A DNA stretch of 64,000 bases from Anaerolineae bacterium (GTDB taxonomy: Bacteria > Chloroflexota > Anaerolineae > S140-20), in the NCBI GenBank assembly GCA_027021705.1, contig JALUTT010000171.1, positions 15,745 through 79,744 of the forward strand. The letters run 5' to 3'. The position numbers and the translations under genes are program-made. Every line of letters begins with the position of its first letter. Position 1 is the stretch's first letter. Shown here one piece after another: positions 1 to 10,893 of this stretch. A model generated the notes under the pieces. The model was not told where the DNA came from, ran no database searches, and was given only the letters and a program-made list of their open reading frames with translations.

Positions 1-1040
1 TCCAGCCCGACACCTTTGAGGAAGATCCCCAGCGTCACCTCCACGTAGTAGCGCAGCGGGCTCAGGTAGATCAGCCACTGCAGGAGGCGGGGCATGTTCT
101 GGACGGGCACGATCGTCCCGGACAGGAAGGCCAGCGGGAACAGGATGAAGAAGGCCAGCAGGAGGGTCTGCTGCATGTTCCGGGCGATGGTCCCCATCAA
201 CACGCCGATGCCGCTGCTGCTGAGGAACATGAGCACCGAGATGGCGTAGAAAAGCAGCAGGCTGCCGCGCAGGGGCACGCCGAAGATCCACATAGACATC
301 GCGACCCCGATGGTCAGGCCCACCAGCTTGAGCAGGACCATCGGCACGATCTTGGCGGTGATCAGTTCGGCCCCGGTGATGGGGGTGATCATCAACTGCT
401 CGAAGGTGCCGGCTTCCTTCTCCCGGACGATGGCGGCAGCAGGAACCAGCACGCCCAGCAGCAGCACCGAGATGGCCAGCATGGTCAGCATAATGAAGTG
501 GACATACTTGAGCTGCGGCATGTAGAGGACCTGGATCTGGTTCTTCACCCGGGTCAGGAGCTGCTGCTTGCCCGGCCCCCCACGGGTGGTCTGGGCCAGC
601 ACCACCTGAGCGTTGTACTCCCGCAGCAGGTCGCTGGCGTCGGCCAGGGCCTGCCCGGCGATGCTGCTGTTGGAGCCGTCCACGACGATCTGCACCTTCG
701 CCGACCGGCCGGCCCTGAGGTCCTGGCTGAAGCCGGCCGGGATGATCAGCGCGAACTGAACCTCTCCCCGATCCATCAGCCGGTCAACGGCCGCCGGGTC
801 CTCCAGCCGCTCCACCAGCCGGAAGCTCTCCCGTTGGACGAAGGCTTCCACCAGGGCTTGGCTCTCGGCCGAGCGATCGCCGTCGTAGACCGCCGTGGGC
901 AGGTTCCGCACCTCTAGGGTCAAGGCCCAGCCGCAGATGGCGATCTCGACGAAGGTGTAGAGGATGAGCAGCACCAGCGCCTTGTCGCGGAAGAACTGGA
1001 TGAACTCCTTGCGCATGAGACCCATCAGGCGACGTTTCAT
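1..1040 (-). CDS. ABC-2 type transporter permease (runs off the window start)
   Basis: ATG at 1040 gives MKRRLMGLMRKEFIQFFRDKALVLLILYTF. Contains the ABC-2 permease motifs IVREKEAGTFEQL and PLRYYVEVTLGIFLKG. Paralog of the next gene. Confidence 0.9.
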   Translation of the reverse strand, partial: MKRRLMGLMRKEFIQFFRDKALVLLILYTFVEIAICGWALTLEVRNLPTAVYDGDRSAESQALVEAFVQRESFRLVERLEDPAAVDRLMDRGEVQFALIIPAGFSQDLRAGRSAKVQIVVDGSNSSIAGQALADASDLLREYNAQVVLAQTTRGGPGKQQLLTRVKNQIQVLYMPQLKYVHFIMLTMLAISVLLLGVLVPAAAIVREKEAGTFEQLMITPITGAELITAKIVPMVLLKLVGLTIGVAMSMWIFGVPLRGSLLLFYAISVLMFLSSSGIGVLMGTIARNMQQTLLLAFFILFPLAFLSGTIVPVQNMPRLLQWLIYLSPLRYYVEVTLGIFLKGVGL

Positions 1041-1053
1041 CTTACCCTACCTT

Positions 1054-2190
1054 TTACCCTACCTTCTTCTTGAAGCGCAACGATGCCAGCACCACCAGCG
1101 CCGCCGTGTAGACCACCAGCACCGCCAACGGCCCTGACCAGACCTCCGGTCCAACCCCCTTCAGGAAGATGCCATAGGTGATGTCGGTGTAGTGGCGGGC
1201 GGGGAAGAGGTAGGAGTAGACCTGGAAGACCTTGGGCATGGCGAAGATGGGGAACATAAAGCCGGAGAAGATGAAGGCGGGCATCATGGTGAGGACGATG
1301 GCCAGTAGCATGGCCGCCAGTTGGCTGCGGGTGAGGGTGCTCACCAGCAGGCCGATGGCCACCGTGCTGATCACGTAAGGCACGGAGGCCAGCAGGAAGA
1401 GCCCCATGCTCCCCCGCAGGGGCACCTCGAACCAGTAGCGCGTCGCCAGCAGCACCAGGACCAACTCGGCGAAGGCGATGAGGATGTAGGGGATCAGCTT
1501 GCCCACGATGAAGGCCCAGGGCCGCAGCGGCGAGACGAAGATCTGCTGGATGGAGCCACGCTCCTTCTCCCGCACGATGGCCAGCGCCGAGAGCAGCGGC
1601 GGGAAGGCCATCAGGATCACGCCGATGAGGCCGGGGACGATGAAGTTGACGCTCTTCAGGGAGGGGTTGTAGCGCACCCGGGGCACGGCTACCACGGCCG
1701 GGACCGGGGGGCCATCCTGCTCCCTCCCCCGCGTGGTCAGGGAGATGGGGAACCGCCGACTGGTGAAGAGATCGTTGAGGGCATTCGCGTAGCTCTGGAT
1801 CACCCGGGCCGAGGTGGGGAAGGTGCCGTCCACCAGCGTCTGCACGGTGGCCGTTCGGCCCTCGGCCATGGTCTGGGCGAAGCCGGCGGGGATCAGCAGG
1901 GCGACCTGGGCCTTCCCCTGGTCTAGCAGGCGCTGGGCTTCGTCGAAGCTGGTGGGCCGGTAGCGGAGGTCGAAGCGGCCAGAGCCGACGAAGAGCTGGA
2001 CGTAAGCCCGGCTCTCGGCGCTGTCGTCCAGGTCCACCACCGCCATAGGCACATCCCTGACGTCCAGGTTCAGGGAGTAGGCGAAGACGAAGAGGAGCAC
2101 CAGGGGCAAGAAGATGGCGACGCCCAGAGTGTAGGGATCGCGCCAGATCTCGCGGAACTCCTTCTTGAGGATAGGGAGGATGCCTTTCAT
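1054..2190 (-). CDS. ABC-2 type transporter permease
   Basis: Real start is MKGILPILKKEFREIWRD, overlapping the ATPase stop (ATGA). Has the IVREKERGSIQQ motif and several transmembrane segments. Confidence 0.9.
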   Translation of the reverse strand: MKGILPILKKEFREIWRDPYTLGVAIFLPLVLLFVFAYSLNLDVRDVPMAVVDLDDSAESRAYVQLFVGSGRFDLRYRPTSFDEAQRLLDQGKAQVALLIPAGFAQTMAEGRTATVQTLVDGTFPTSARVIQSYANALNDLFTSRRFPISLTTRGREQDGPPVPAVVAVPRVRYNPSLKSVNFIVPGLIGVILMAFPPLLSALAIVREKERGSIQQIFVSPLRPWAFIVGKLIPYILIAFAELVLVLLATRYWFEVPLRGSMGLFLLASVPYVISTVAIGLLVSTLTRSQLAAMLLAIVLTMMPAFIFSGFMFPIFAMPKVFQVYSYLFPARHYTDITYGIFLKGVGPEVWSGPLAVLVVYTAALVVLASLRFKKKVG

Positions 2191-4151
2191 ACGCTTTCCC
2201 TCGCCTTTCGACCGGCCTCTTCCATCTCGATGAAGAGCATAAACAGGTCCTCCAGGGAGATGGGTACCGGTTGGATCGGCCCGATGATCAGATCGTGGGG
2301 AGCCAGGGCCTCTTCGACGGCGCGCTGTCCGGCCTCGCTCTCCCACACCAGGATGCGGAGCTTGTCGCCGAAGATGGCGGTCTGGATGATCTCCGGCACC
2401 CTCTCCAGGGGGACCAGGGCGGCCAGAGGGTCCCGCACGGGGACCTCGATGAGCGAGCCCATCTTCATATTGGCCCGCAGTTGGGCCGGGCTGCCCCGGG
2501 CGATGAGCCGCCCCCGGTAGAGCAGCCCCAGGTCGTGGCAGTGCTCGGCCTCGTCCATGTAGTGGGTGGTGACGAAGATGGTCACGCCCTGAGCGGAGAG
2601 GGCGAAGATCAGGTCCCAGAACTCCCGCCGGGAGACCGGGTCCACGCCGCTGGTGGGCTCGTCCAGGAAGAGGATCTCGGGCTCGTGGAGGATGGCGCAG
2701 CCAAGGGCGAGCCGTTGTTTCCAGCCGCCGGAGAGGTCCCGGGTCAGCAGGTGCTCCTTGCCCGTCAGGCCAGCCATCTCCAGCACCCATCGCTTCCGTT
2801 CGGCCAAACGGCGGGGGGAGAGGCCGTAGACGTCGCCGTAGAAGCGGATGTTCTCGGCGACGGTCAGGTCGTTGTAGAGGGAGAACTTCTGGGACATGTA
2901 ACCGATGTGGGGCTTCATCGCGGTCCGTTGACGGACGATGTCGAAGCCGGCCACGGTGGCGGTGCCCTCGGAGGGGGGTAACAGTCCGCACAGCATGCGG
3001 ATGGTGGTGGTCTTGCCGGAACCGTTGGGACCCAGGAAGCCGAAGATCTCCCCCCGGCGCACGTCGAAGCTGACGCGGTCCACGGCGGTGAAGGTGCCGA
3101 AGCGGCGGGTGAGGCCGTCGGCGCGGACGGCGACTTCGTAGGAGGAGTCGTCCATCGGCCCAAGGGCCTCCTCCGGCAGCGGGGCCAGGGGACGGCGGGG
3201 TGCATCGGCAGCCCGTAGGTCTTCAATGGCGGCGATGAAGACGTCCTCCAGGCTGGGGGTCGTGGTTTTGACCTCCTCCACGGTCACCCCTGCCGCGACC
3301 AGCCGGTCCGGCAGGGTGTTGATCAGTTCCTGCCCGTTGCGGAGCAGCAGGTGCAGCCGCTCGCCGAAGACCTGGACCTGGGTCACGCCGGGGGTCTCCC
3401 GCAGCCGGGCAACGGCACGGACCTGGGGCCGGGCGATCATCTCGACGGCCACCCCCCGCAGGCGCTTCTTGAGGGCCGAGGGGACGTCGCTGGCGATGAT
3501 CTCGCCGCGCCGCATCAACGCCACCCGGTGGCAGCGCTCCGCCTCGTCCATGTAGGGCGTGGTGACGAAGATGGTGATCCCCTCGGCCAGGAACTCGTAC
3601 AGGACCTTCCAGAAGTCCTGCCGGGAGACCGGGTCCACGCCGGTGGTCGGTTCGTCCAGGAAGAGCACCTGGGGCTGGTGGATCAAGGTGCAGGCCAGGG
3701 CCAGCTTCTTCTTCATACCGCCGGAGAGGTGCTCCGCCCGTCGGTGGCGGGCCTCTTCCAACCGGGCGAAGCGGAGCAGCTTCTCCTTCCGCTCGGCGGC
3801 CACCTCCGGCGGCACCTGATAGAGCTCGGCGAAGAAGTCCAGGTTCTCCTCCACGGAGAGCGACCCGTAGAGGGTGAAGCCTTCGGACATGTAGCCGATC
3901 TTCCCGCCCAGGTTGCTGGCCTGGCGCACCACGTCCACGCCGGCGACCGTGGCCGATCCGGCGGTCGGGGTCAGGATGCCGCAGAGCATCTGAATTGTCG
4001 TGGTCTTCCCCGCGCCGTCGGGGCCGACCAGGCCGAAGATTTCGCCGGGCTCCACCGCGATGGTCAGGTCACGCACCGCCTCGATGCTGGCCTTGCCCCG
4101 CGACTTGTACACTTTACGCAAGTTCTGCGTGTGAATAATCGGTTGGTCCAT
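2187..4151 (-). CDS. ABC transporter ATP-binding protein with two tandem ATPase domains
   Basis: Two Walker A motifs (GPDGAGKT, GPNGSGKT), two LSGG signatures and two LDEPT Walker B motifs. Confidence 0.95.
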   Translation of the reverse strand: MDQPIIHTQNLRKVYKSRGKASIEAVRDLTIAVEPGEIFGLVGPDGAGKTTTIQMLCGILTPTAGSATVAGVDVVRQASNLGGKIGYMSEGFTLYGSLSVEENLDFFAELYQVPPEVAAERKEKLLRFARLEEARHRRAEHLSGGMKKKLALACTLIHQPQVLFLDEPTTGVDPVSRQDFWKVLYEFLAEGITIFVTTPYMDEAERCHRVALMRRGEIIASDVPSALKKRLRGVAVEMIARPQVRAVARLRETPGVTQVQVFGERLHLLLRNGQELINTLPDRLVAAGVTVEEVKTTTPSLEDVFIAAIEDLRAADAPRRPLAPLPEEALGPMDDSSYEVAVRADGLTRRFGTFTAVDRVSFDVRRGEIFGFLGPNGSGKTTTIRMLCGLLPPSEGTATVAGFDIVRQRTAMKPHIGYMSQKFSLYNDLTVAENIRFYGDVYGLSPRRLAERKRWVLEMAGLTGKEHLLTRDLSGGWKQRLALGCAILHEPEILFLDEPTSGVDPVSRREFWDLIFALSAQGVTIFVTTHYMDEAEHCHDLGLLYRGRLIARGSPAQLRANMKMGSLIEVPVRDPLAALVPLERVPEIIQTAIFGDKLRILVWESEAGQRAVEEALAPHDLIIGPIQPVPISLEDLFMLFIEMEEAGRKARESV

Positions 4152-4164
4152 GTCTCTCCGCTCA

Positions 4165-4809
4165 TCACAGTTCCGGGTAGGGAACCAGGGTGATCTCCTT
4201 TTCCAGGGGTCGAAGTCGGGCTTCTATCCAGTGGACGCGCCGACACTGCACGGCCACCAGCACCCGGCAGCCCGGGTCCCGGCGCACCGCCCACAGCAAT
4301 CGCTCCAAGATGCGAGAGTTGGTCGCCTCCCAGGCCCGCCGTCCGGGCTCACCGGCCACAGCCGCCTCTACGGCGCAGACCAACTCACATAGGTGGCTGA
4401 AGAGGGGGCTGTTCACCCCCTCCGGGCCATCGGCGATGCGCTGCAGTCCGGTCAGCAGGCGGTCGGCACCCCGCACCAGGCCGGCCCGCAGCCGTGCCAG
4501 TCCTCTACCCTCCGGGGGGACCAACTCTCCAGGAGAAGGGCTGCCCAGGGGGACGATCACCGTGTCCGTGCGACGGGCCGCCGGCACCAGCCCCTCCCGC
4601 ACTTCCAGCGGCGCACCGCTCAGGTCGCCCTGCTCCCAGGCCTCCGGCTCCACCTCCACGCCCAGCAGATCGGGCTCCAGCGTCTCCACCAGCCCGCGCA
4701 GGCAGGCCAGGTCGTAGCGCAGCGCTTCGGTGTGCAGGTGCCCCAGGGTGCCCAGCAGGGCCAGGCGGGTCTTCGGTCTATCCCCAGACTTGGGCAAAAG
4801 GTGGTCCAT
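4165..4809 (-). CDS. Hypothetical protein (possible TraB/Tiki-like metalloprotein fold)
   Basis: 214 aa with an AGGAGA RBS. The motifs GTLGHLH, PDLLGVE and RVLVAVQCRRVH resemble the TraB/EreA-type superfamily. Confidence 0.6.
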   Translation of the reverse strand: MDHLLPKSGDRPKTRLALLGTLGHLHTEALRYDLACLRGLVETLEPDLLGVEVEPEAWEQGDLSGAPLEVREGLVPAARRTDTVIVPLGSPSPGELVPPEGRGLARLRAGLVRGADRLLTGLQRIADGPEGVNSPLFSHLCELVCAVEAAVAGEPGRRAWEATNSRILERLLWAVRRDPGCRVLVAVQCRRVHWIEARLRPLEKEITLVPYPEL

Positions 4810-4825
4810 CGTCTCTCCTGCTTAC

Positions 4826-4893
4826 AGGATACCACATTTGCCCCTGCTGCAACAGCGCCAAATCACCTATGGGACATAGGTAATTCCCCCATA
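4826..4893 (-). promoter_or_regulatory. Promoter (-10 TATCCT) with tandem 7-2-7 operator, copy 1
   Basis: Same geometry as the promoters at 10816, 14378 and 23015: -10 box, 21 nt, first operator, then a second operator 23-24 nt further upstream. Confidence 0.55.
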
Positions 4894-4903
4894 AGGGATC
4901 ACC

Positions 4904-5839
4904 CTACTTCCATCCACACGCACACAGCACACGATCCACCACCCCCCGGCGTTTGCCCCTCTGGTGCCGCCGAGCAGCCGTGTCCAGCAAACGGGTCCGG
5001 ATGAGCTGTCCTGTCAGGTCCACCAAGGTGACCAGCAACAGAGTGATCAGGATGAGGGTGGACAGGTCCTGGTACTGGAACAGCTTGAGCTTGTAGATCA
5101 GTTGCGTACCGATGCCCCCGGCCCCGACGAAGCCCAGCACTGTGGCGGCCCGCATGTTGCACTCCCATCGGAAGAGGGTGTAGGAGAGGAGCATAGGCAG
5201 GGCCGTCGGGACCTGGACGTAGGCCAACACCTGGACGTCGTTGGCTCCCGCGGCTCGGGCGTTCTCCACCAGCCGCTGGTCCACGGCTTCGAAGAGCTCG
5301 GCGTAGAGCTTGCCCAGGATGCCGGCGCTGTGGGCGGCCAGGGCCAGCACCCCCGGGAGGGGGCCCAGCCCCACGGCCACCACGAAGATCAGCGCCCACA
5401 CCAGCTCCGGGATGCCTCGCAACACGTTCAGCAGGCCACGGGTCAGGTAGTACAACAGCCAGCGCGCCCCCCAGGACAGGGTGCCTTGCGCCCGTCGCGA
5501 GGTTTCCTCGCCCCGGCGTCGGGCGGCCAGCAACGAGAGGGGGAACCCCACCACCACGGCCAATGCTGTGCCCAAGAGCGAAATCTCCACCGTCTCCAGG
5601 GCGTAGCCCAACGTGCTGCGCAGGTAGGCGGGATCCAGGTTGGGTGGGAGGAGCCCGACGGCGAACTCCCGTACTGCCCGCCCTGTGCCCGGGCTGAGGA
5701 AGGCCCCCGGGGAGAACCCTGTGCCCCATGCACTGAGAAGCAGGGATGCCAGGATCGCTCCGGCCAGGATCAGGTTGAACGGGCTAAACCCGGGGCTCGA
5801 ATACGGTGCGCTCGAAAGCCGGCGCTCGCCCGTGGTCAT
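4904..5839 (-). CDS. phnE: PhnE/PtxC-family ABC permease
   Basis: RGIPELVWALIFVVAVGLGP, GILGKLYAE and RWECNMRAATVLGFVGAGGIG motifs. Confidence 0.9.
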   Translation of the reverse strand: MTTGERRLSSAPYSSPGFSPFNLILAGAILASLLLSAWGTGFSPGAFLSPGTGRAVREFAVGLLPPNLDPAYLRSTLGYALETVEISLLGTALAVVVGFPLSLLAARRRGEETSRRAQGTLSWGARWLLYYLTRGLLNVLRGIPELVWALIFVVAVGLGPLPGVLALAAHSAGILGKLYAELFEAVDQRLVENARAAGANDVQVLAYVQVPTALPMLLSYTLFRWECNMRAATVLGFVGAGGIGTQLIYKLKLFQYQDLSTLILITLLLVTLVDLTGQLIRTRLLDTAARRHQRGKRRGVVDRVLCACGWK

Positions 5840-6581
5840 CACGCACCTCCTCCTCGGTCCGATAGATCTCCAATCCCTCAATCTCCTTCGGGGGACCGTC
5901 GTACACCAGACGACCGCCGTTCAGGCCCAACAGGCGGGTGCAGTAGGCTAGGGCGAAGTCCACCTGATGCAGGCTCAGCACTACGGTCTTCCCCTGTTGG
6001 TGGAGCTCCCGCAGCACCTCGAGCACCGTCTCGGCGGTGCGCACGTCCACGGAGGCCACCGGTTCGTCGGCCAGGATGAGGGATGCCCCCTGCACCAGAG
6101 CCCGTGCCACGGCCACCCGCTGCTGCTGACCACCGCTCAGCGCTTCGGCGCGGGTGAACAGCTCCTCGGCCAATCCCACCCACGCCAGCGCCCGGTATGC
6201 CCGCTGCACTTCCTCAGGGGGTGTGCGGGCCAAGGCCAGCAGGCTGCGCCCGGTAGATAGGTGTCCCAGACGGCCGATGAGCACGTTGTGGAGCACGGAC
6301 AGGTTGGGGATGACGTGGTGGCTCTGGGAGATGACGGCCACCCGTCGCCGTAGCCGCCGCAGGGCCGCCGGGGAGAGCTGCCCCATAGGGTTCCCCAGCA
6401 CCTCCAGGCGACCGGCGGTGGGCTGCAGGGCCCCGTAGAGGAGCCGCAGGAAGGTGGTCTTCCCCGCTCCGCTGGGGCCCAGCAGCCCTACCATCTCACC
6501 GGGCCGGATCACCACCGTCACGCCCTGCAGGGCCAGGGTGCCGTCGGCGTAACGCTTGGTGAGGTCCTCGGCCCGGATCAT
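5784..6581 (-). CDS. phnC: PhnC/PtxA-family ABC ATP-binding protein
   Basis: GPSGAGKT, NVLIGRLG, LSGGQQQRVAVARAL and ILADEPVASVD. Confidence 0.92.
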   Translation of the reverse strand: MIRAEDLTKRYADGTLALQGVTVVIRPGEMVGLLGPSGAGKTTFLRLLYGALQPTAGRLEVLGNPMGQLSPAALRRLRRRVAVISQSHHVIPNLSVLHNVLIGRLGHLSTGRSLLALARTPPEEVQRAYRALAWVGLAEELFTRAEALSGGQQQRVAVARALVQGASLILADEPVASVDVRTAETVLEVLRELHQQGKTVVLSLHQVDFALAYCTRLLGLNGGRLVYDGPPKEIEGLEIYRTEEEVRDDHGRAPAFERTVFEPRV

Positions 6582-7465
6582 TCCGTCCCGCCTCCTGCCA
6601 GTCCTAGCCTCTCGGCGATCTGTCGGATCTCTTCGTAGTCGGCAGCCGAGGCGCGCACGAATCCCTCGGCCACGGTGGGGGGCAGCACGTCCGACGGTGC
6701 TTCCAGGAAAGCTTGGACCAGCTTGTCCTCAATCTCCTGGGGGATGTCGTCTCGGATGACCCAGGGGTACTGGGGGATGGGATCGGAGCGCCAGATGATC
6801 TTGAGGCGATCTTCGGCGACCAGTCCCTGGCGGATCATCTCCTGGAGCACCGGCTCTTCCACGGCCCCGGCTTCCACTTTGCCGTTGTAGACGGCCAGCA
6901 CGGTGGCGTTGTGGGCTCCGGTGTAGAGGGGCGGGCCTTCGAAATCCTTCTGCGGGTCTATCCCTGCCTCCAGCAGTGCCTGGGTGGGGATCAGATGGCC
7001 GGAGGTGGAACTGATGTCTCCGAAGGCGAAGGTGCGTCCCTTGAGGTCGGTCAGCGTTGTGATGGGGGAGTCCTTCAGGGTGATGATCACACTGTGGTAG
7101 GTATCCGAGCCGGCGATGATCGCCTTGGCAAAGGGGTGAAGGCGGACCTTCTTCGAGGCTTGAACGTAGCTCAGGGCACCGAAGTAGGCCACGTCAATGC
7201 GCCCGGCAGCCATGGCCTCCACCACGGCCGTGTAGTCGGTGGGCACGACCAGTTCGATCTGCAACCCGGTCTTCTCCTCCAGGTACTTCTGGAAGGGCTG
7301 CAGATACGCCTGGGTCTTCTCAGGGCTCTCCTTGGGCACAGCGCCGATGCGCACCACCGGGGATGCAGAAATGGGGCCTTTACCACAGGCGCTCGACAAC
7401 AAGGCGATCCCCAGGGCCAGCGCCACAGCCCACAGGATACGGCGGGAGAACAGACGGGATTTCAT
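6578..7465 (-). CDS. phnD: PhnD/PtxB-family substrate-binding lipoprotein (candidate selenium oxyanion binder)
   Basis: Start MKSRLF with RBS GAAAGGAGG, lipobox LSSAC, and TDYTAVVEAM, STSGHLIP and GAHNA motifs. Confidence 0.9.
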   Translation of the reverse strand: MKSRLFSRRILWAVALALGIALLSSACGKGPISASPVVRIGAVPKESPEKTQAYLQPFQKYLEEKTGLQIELVVPTDYTAVVEAMAAGRIDVAYFGALSYVQASKKVRLHPFAKAIIAGSDTYHSVIITLKDSPITTLTDLKGRTFAFGDISSTSGHLIPTQALLEAGIDPQKDFEGPPLYTGAHNATVLAVYNGKVEAGAVEEPVLQEMIRQGLVAEDRLKIIWRSDPIPQYPWVIRDDIPQEIEDKLVQAFLEAPSDVLPPTVAEGFVRASAADYEEIRQIAERLGLAGGGTE

Positions 7466-7565
7466 GACCTGCCTCCTTTCCTGAAGATGGTCGGCCTCTG
7501 GCCGAGCCGCTCCCCGGAGAGGAGGCAAGGTCACTCACCCCTGAGGGTGGCTATGCCTCCCGGCC
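7466..7565 (-). promoter_or_regulatory. RBS-sequestering switch upstream of phnD
   Basis: 7516-7532 (GACCUUGCCUCCUCUCC) is complementary to the phnD SD region 7466-7481 (GGAAAGGAGGCAGGUC), and alternatively to GGGAGGCA within 7553-7565. Confidence 0.7.
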
Positions 7566-7684
7566 GAGGTGAGCGGCAACGGCCGGACTGTCCGGTTGTC
7601 TTTCTGATACAACACGTGTATCACCAGGACCTTTCAGCCCGTTCAGCGGTGATGGACGGGCCGAGGCATGAACTCGGACCGCAT
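7535..7684 (-). CDS. Putative selenocysteine-containing leader peptide, 49 aa: MRSEFMPRPVHHR-U-TG-U-KVLVIHVLYQKDNRTVRPLPLTSAGRHSHPQG*
   Basis: Strong RBS AAAGGAGGTGA before the ATG at 7684. In-frame TGA at codons 14 (7643-7645), 17 (7634-7636) and 50 (7535-7537). A SECIS-like hairpin starts 10 nt after the second TGA. Confidence 0.65.
7605..7623 (-). promoter_or_regulatory. SECIS-like hairpin of the leader peptide
   Basis: mRNA UGAUACA-CGUGU-UGUAUCA: perfect 7-bp stem, G at loop position 2, loop 17 nt after UGA17 and 26 nt after UGA14. Confidence 0.6.
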
Positions 7685-7736
7685 GCCCCTCACCTCCTTT
7701 CAATGAGACTCAACGAGACGGATCGGTGTGCGAGCT

Positions 7737-7764
7737 ATTATCGCGAATTCCGTTTTCTTGTCAA
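7737..7764 (-). promoter_or_regulatory. Sigma70-type promoter of the leader-phnDCE transcript
   Basis: TTGACA-16 nt-GATAAT. Confidence 0.65.
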
Positions 7765-7810
7765 GAAAGCGGCTATTGGGTGATTCCCCACAAGTGGGGC
7801 AACGGGAAAG

Positions 7811-8494
7811 CTACGGCTTTCCGCCCGCTGGGATCTCCACCCACCCCCGTTGCACGGCCAGCACCGCTGCTTCGGTGCGGGAGCGTACCCCCAGCTTACC
7901 GTAGATGCTGGCCAGGTGGTTCTCCACGGTCCGCACGCTTAGGTACAGGTGCTGAGCGATCTCCTTGTTGCTCAGGCCGTGGCACACCAGGGTGAGGATC
8001 TCCCGCTCGCGGGGCGTCAGGCATCCGTGGGGGCCGGTGGACAAAGGCTGCGCTTGGGCCAGGTGCGCGATGAGGTCCTGGGCCAGGTCCGGGGAGAGCA
8101 CCATCTCGCCTCGGGCAGCCTGGCGCAGGGCGATCGCCAGTTCGTCGGTGGTGATGTCGGCGGAGAGGCAACCGATGGCTCCGGCTTGCAAGGTCGCCAG
8201 GGCCTGGTGCAGAGACCAGGCGAGGGAAAGGGAGAGCACCCTCACCCGAGGGTGCTCTCGCAGGAATGTGGGCAATCGCTCCAGGTCAGCGGCTCGAGGG
8301 CAGGTCAGAAGCACCAGATCCGATTTCTCCTCAAGCGAAGGGGCGGTCAGCGCGGCCAGGTCCTCCGCCTGTCCGATGGGCTCGATGCCCGGGAGCCCGG
8401 CCATCAGGGCCGAGAGGGCTTCCCCCAGCAGCCTATGCGGACTGACGAGGAGCACCCGTATGGGATTGGAGCGGCAAGACCCGGCCTCGCTCAT
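7811..8494 (-). CDS. NarL/LuxR-family regulator with an atypical receiver domain
   Basis: C-terminal LTPREREIL...SNKEIAQHLYLSVRTVENHLASIYGKLG helix-turn-helix. The receiver lacks the acidic pair (VLLVSPH) and the phospho-Asp (DLVLLT). Confidence 0.9.
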   Translation of the reverse strand: MSEAGSCRSNPIRVLLVSPHRLLGEALSALMAGLPGIEPIGQAEDLAALTAPSLEEKSDLVLLTCPRAADLERLPTFLREHPRVRVLSLSLAWSLHQALATLQAGAIGCLSADITTDELAIALRQAARGEMVLSPDLAQDLIAHLAQAQPLSTGPHGCLTPREREILTLVCHGLSNKEIAQHLYLSVRTVENHLASIYGKLGVRSRTEAAVLAVQRGWVEIPAGGKP

Positions 8495-8513
8495 TCTGCC
8501 CCGGAGATGATCC

Positions 8514-10751
<2,238 letters not shown>

Positions 10752-10815
10752 CGCTTTGACTCCTTCCTGGCAGGCGCATCGGCCTACCCGCTGTTGGTTC
10801 AGAACGCTGCAGCTA

Positions 10816-10883
10816 AGTATACCCCATTTGGGGCTGCGATGCCAGCGCCAATTGACCCACGATTTCTACGCTGTTTGGCTTAT
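10816..10883 (-). promoter_or_regulatory. Promoter (-10 TATACT) with tandem 7-2-7 operator, copy 2
   Basis: + strand AGTATA-N21-CAGCGCCA-AT-TGACCCA, then TACGCTG-TT-TGGCTTA. Confidence 0.6.
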
Positions 10884-10893
10884 GCCTGACAGG

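Noticed and set aside
1054..2991. 645-aa ORF as listed
   Set aside because: The first ~267 residues are an alternate-frame overlap with the ATPase gene. The real start is 2190.
7466..7680. Moco/Wco riboswitch (TCCGAG...GGGTG...GCCTCC...GGAAAGGAG resemblance)
   Set aside because: No GNRA-capped P4, spacing too long, and the matches are explained by SD/anti-SD pairing. An Rfam scan would settle it.
7465..7684. N-terminally extended seleno-PhnD by triple UGA readthrough
   Set aside because: phnD has its own strong RBS and an N-terminal lipoprotein signal, and the third UGA lacks a convincing SECIS.
10819..10836. CsoR operator upstream of copB (TACCCC-ATTT-GGGG)
   Set aside because: Only a partial palindrome, lacking the terminal TA, and no csoR in the window. 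Not excluded, but unsupported.
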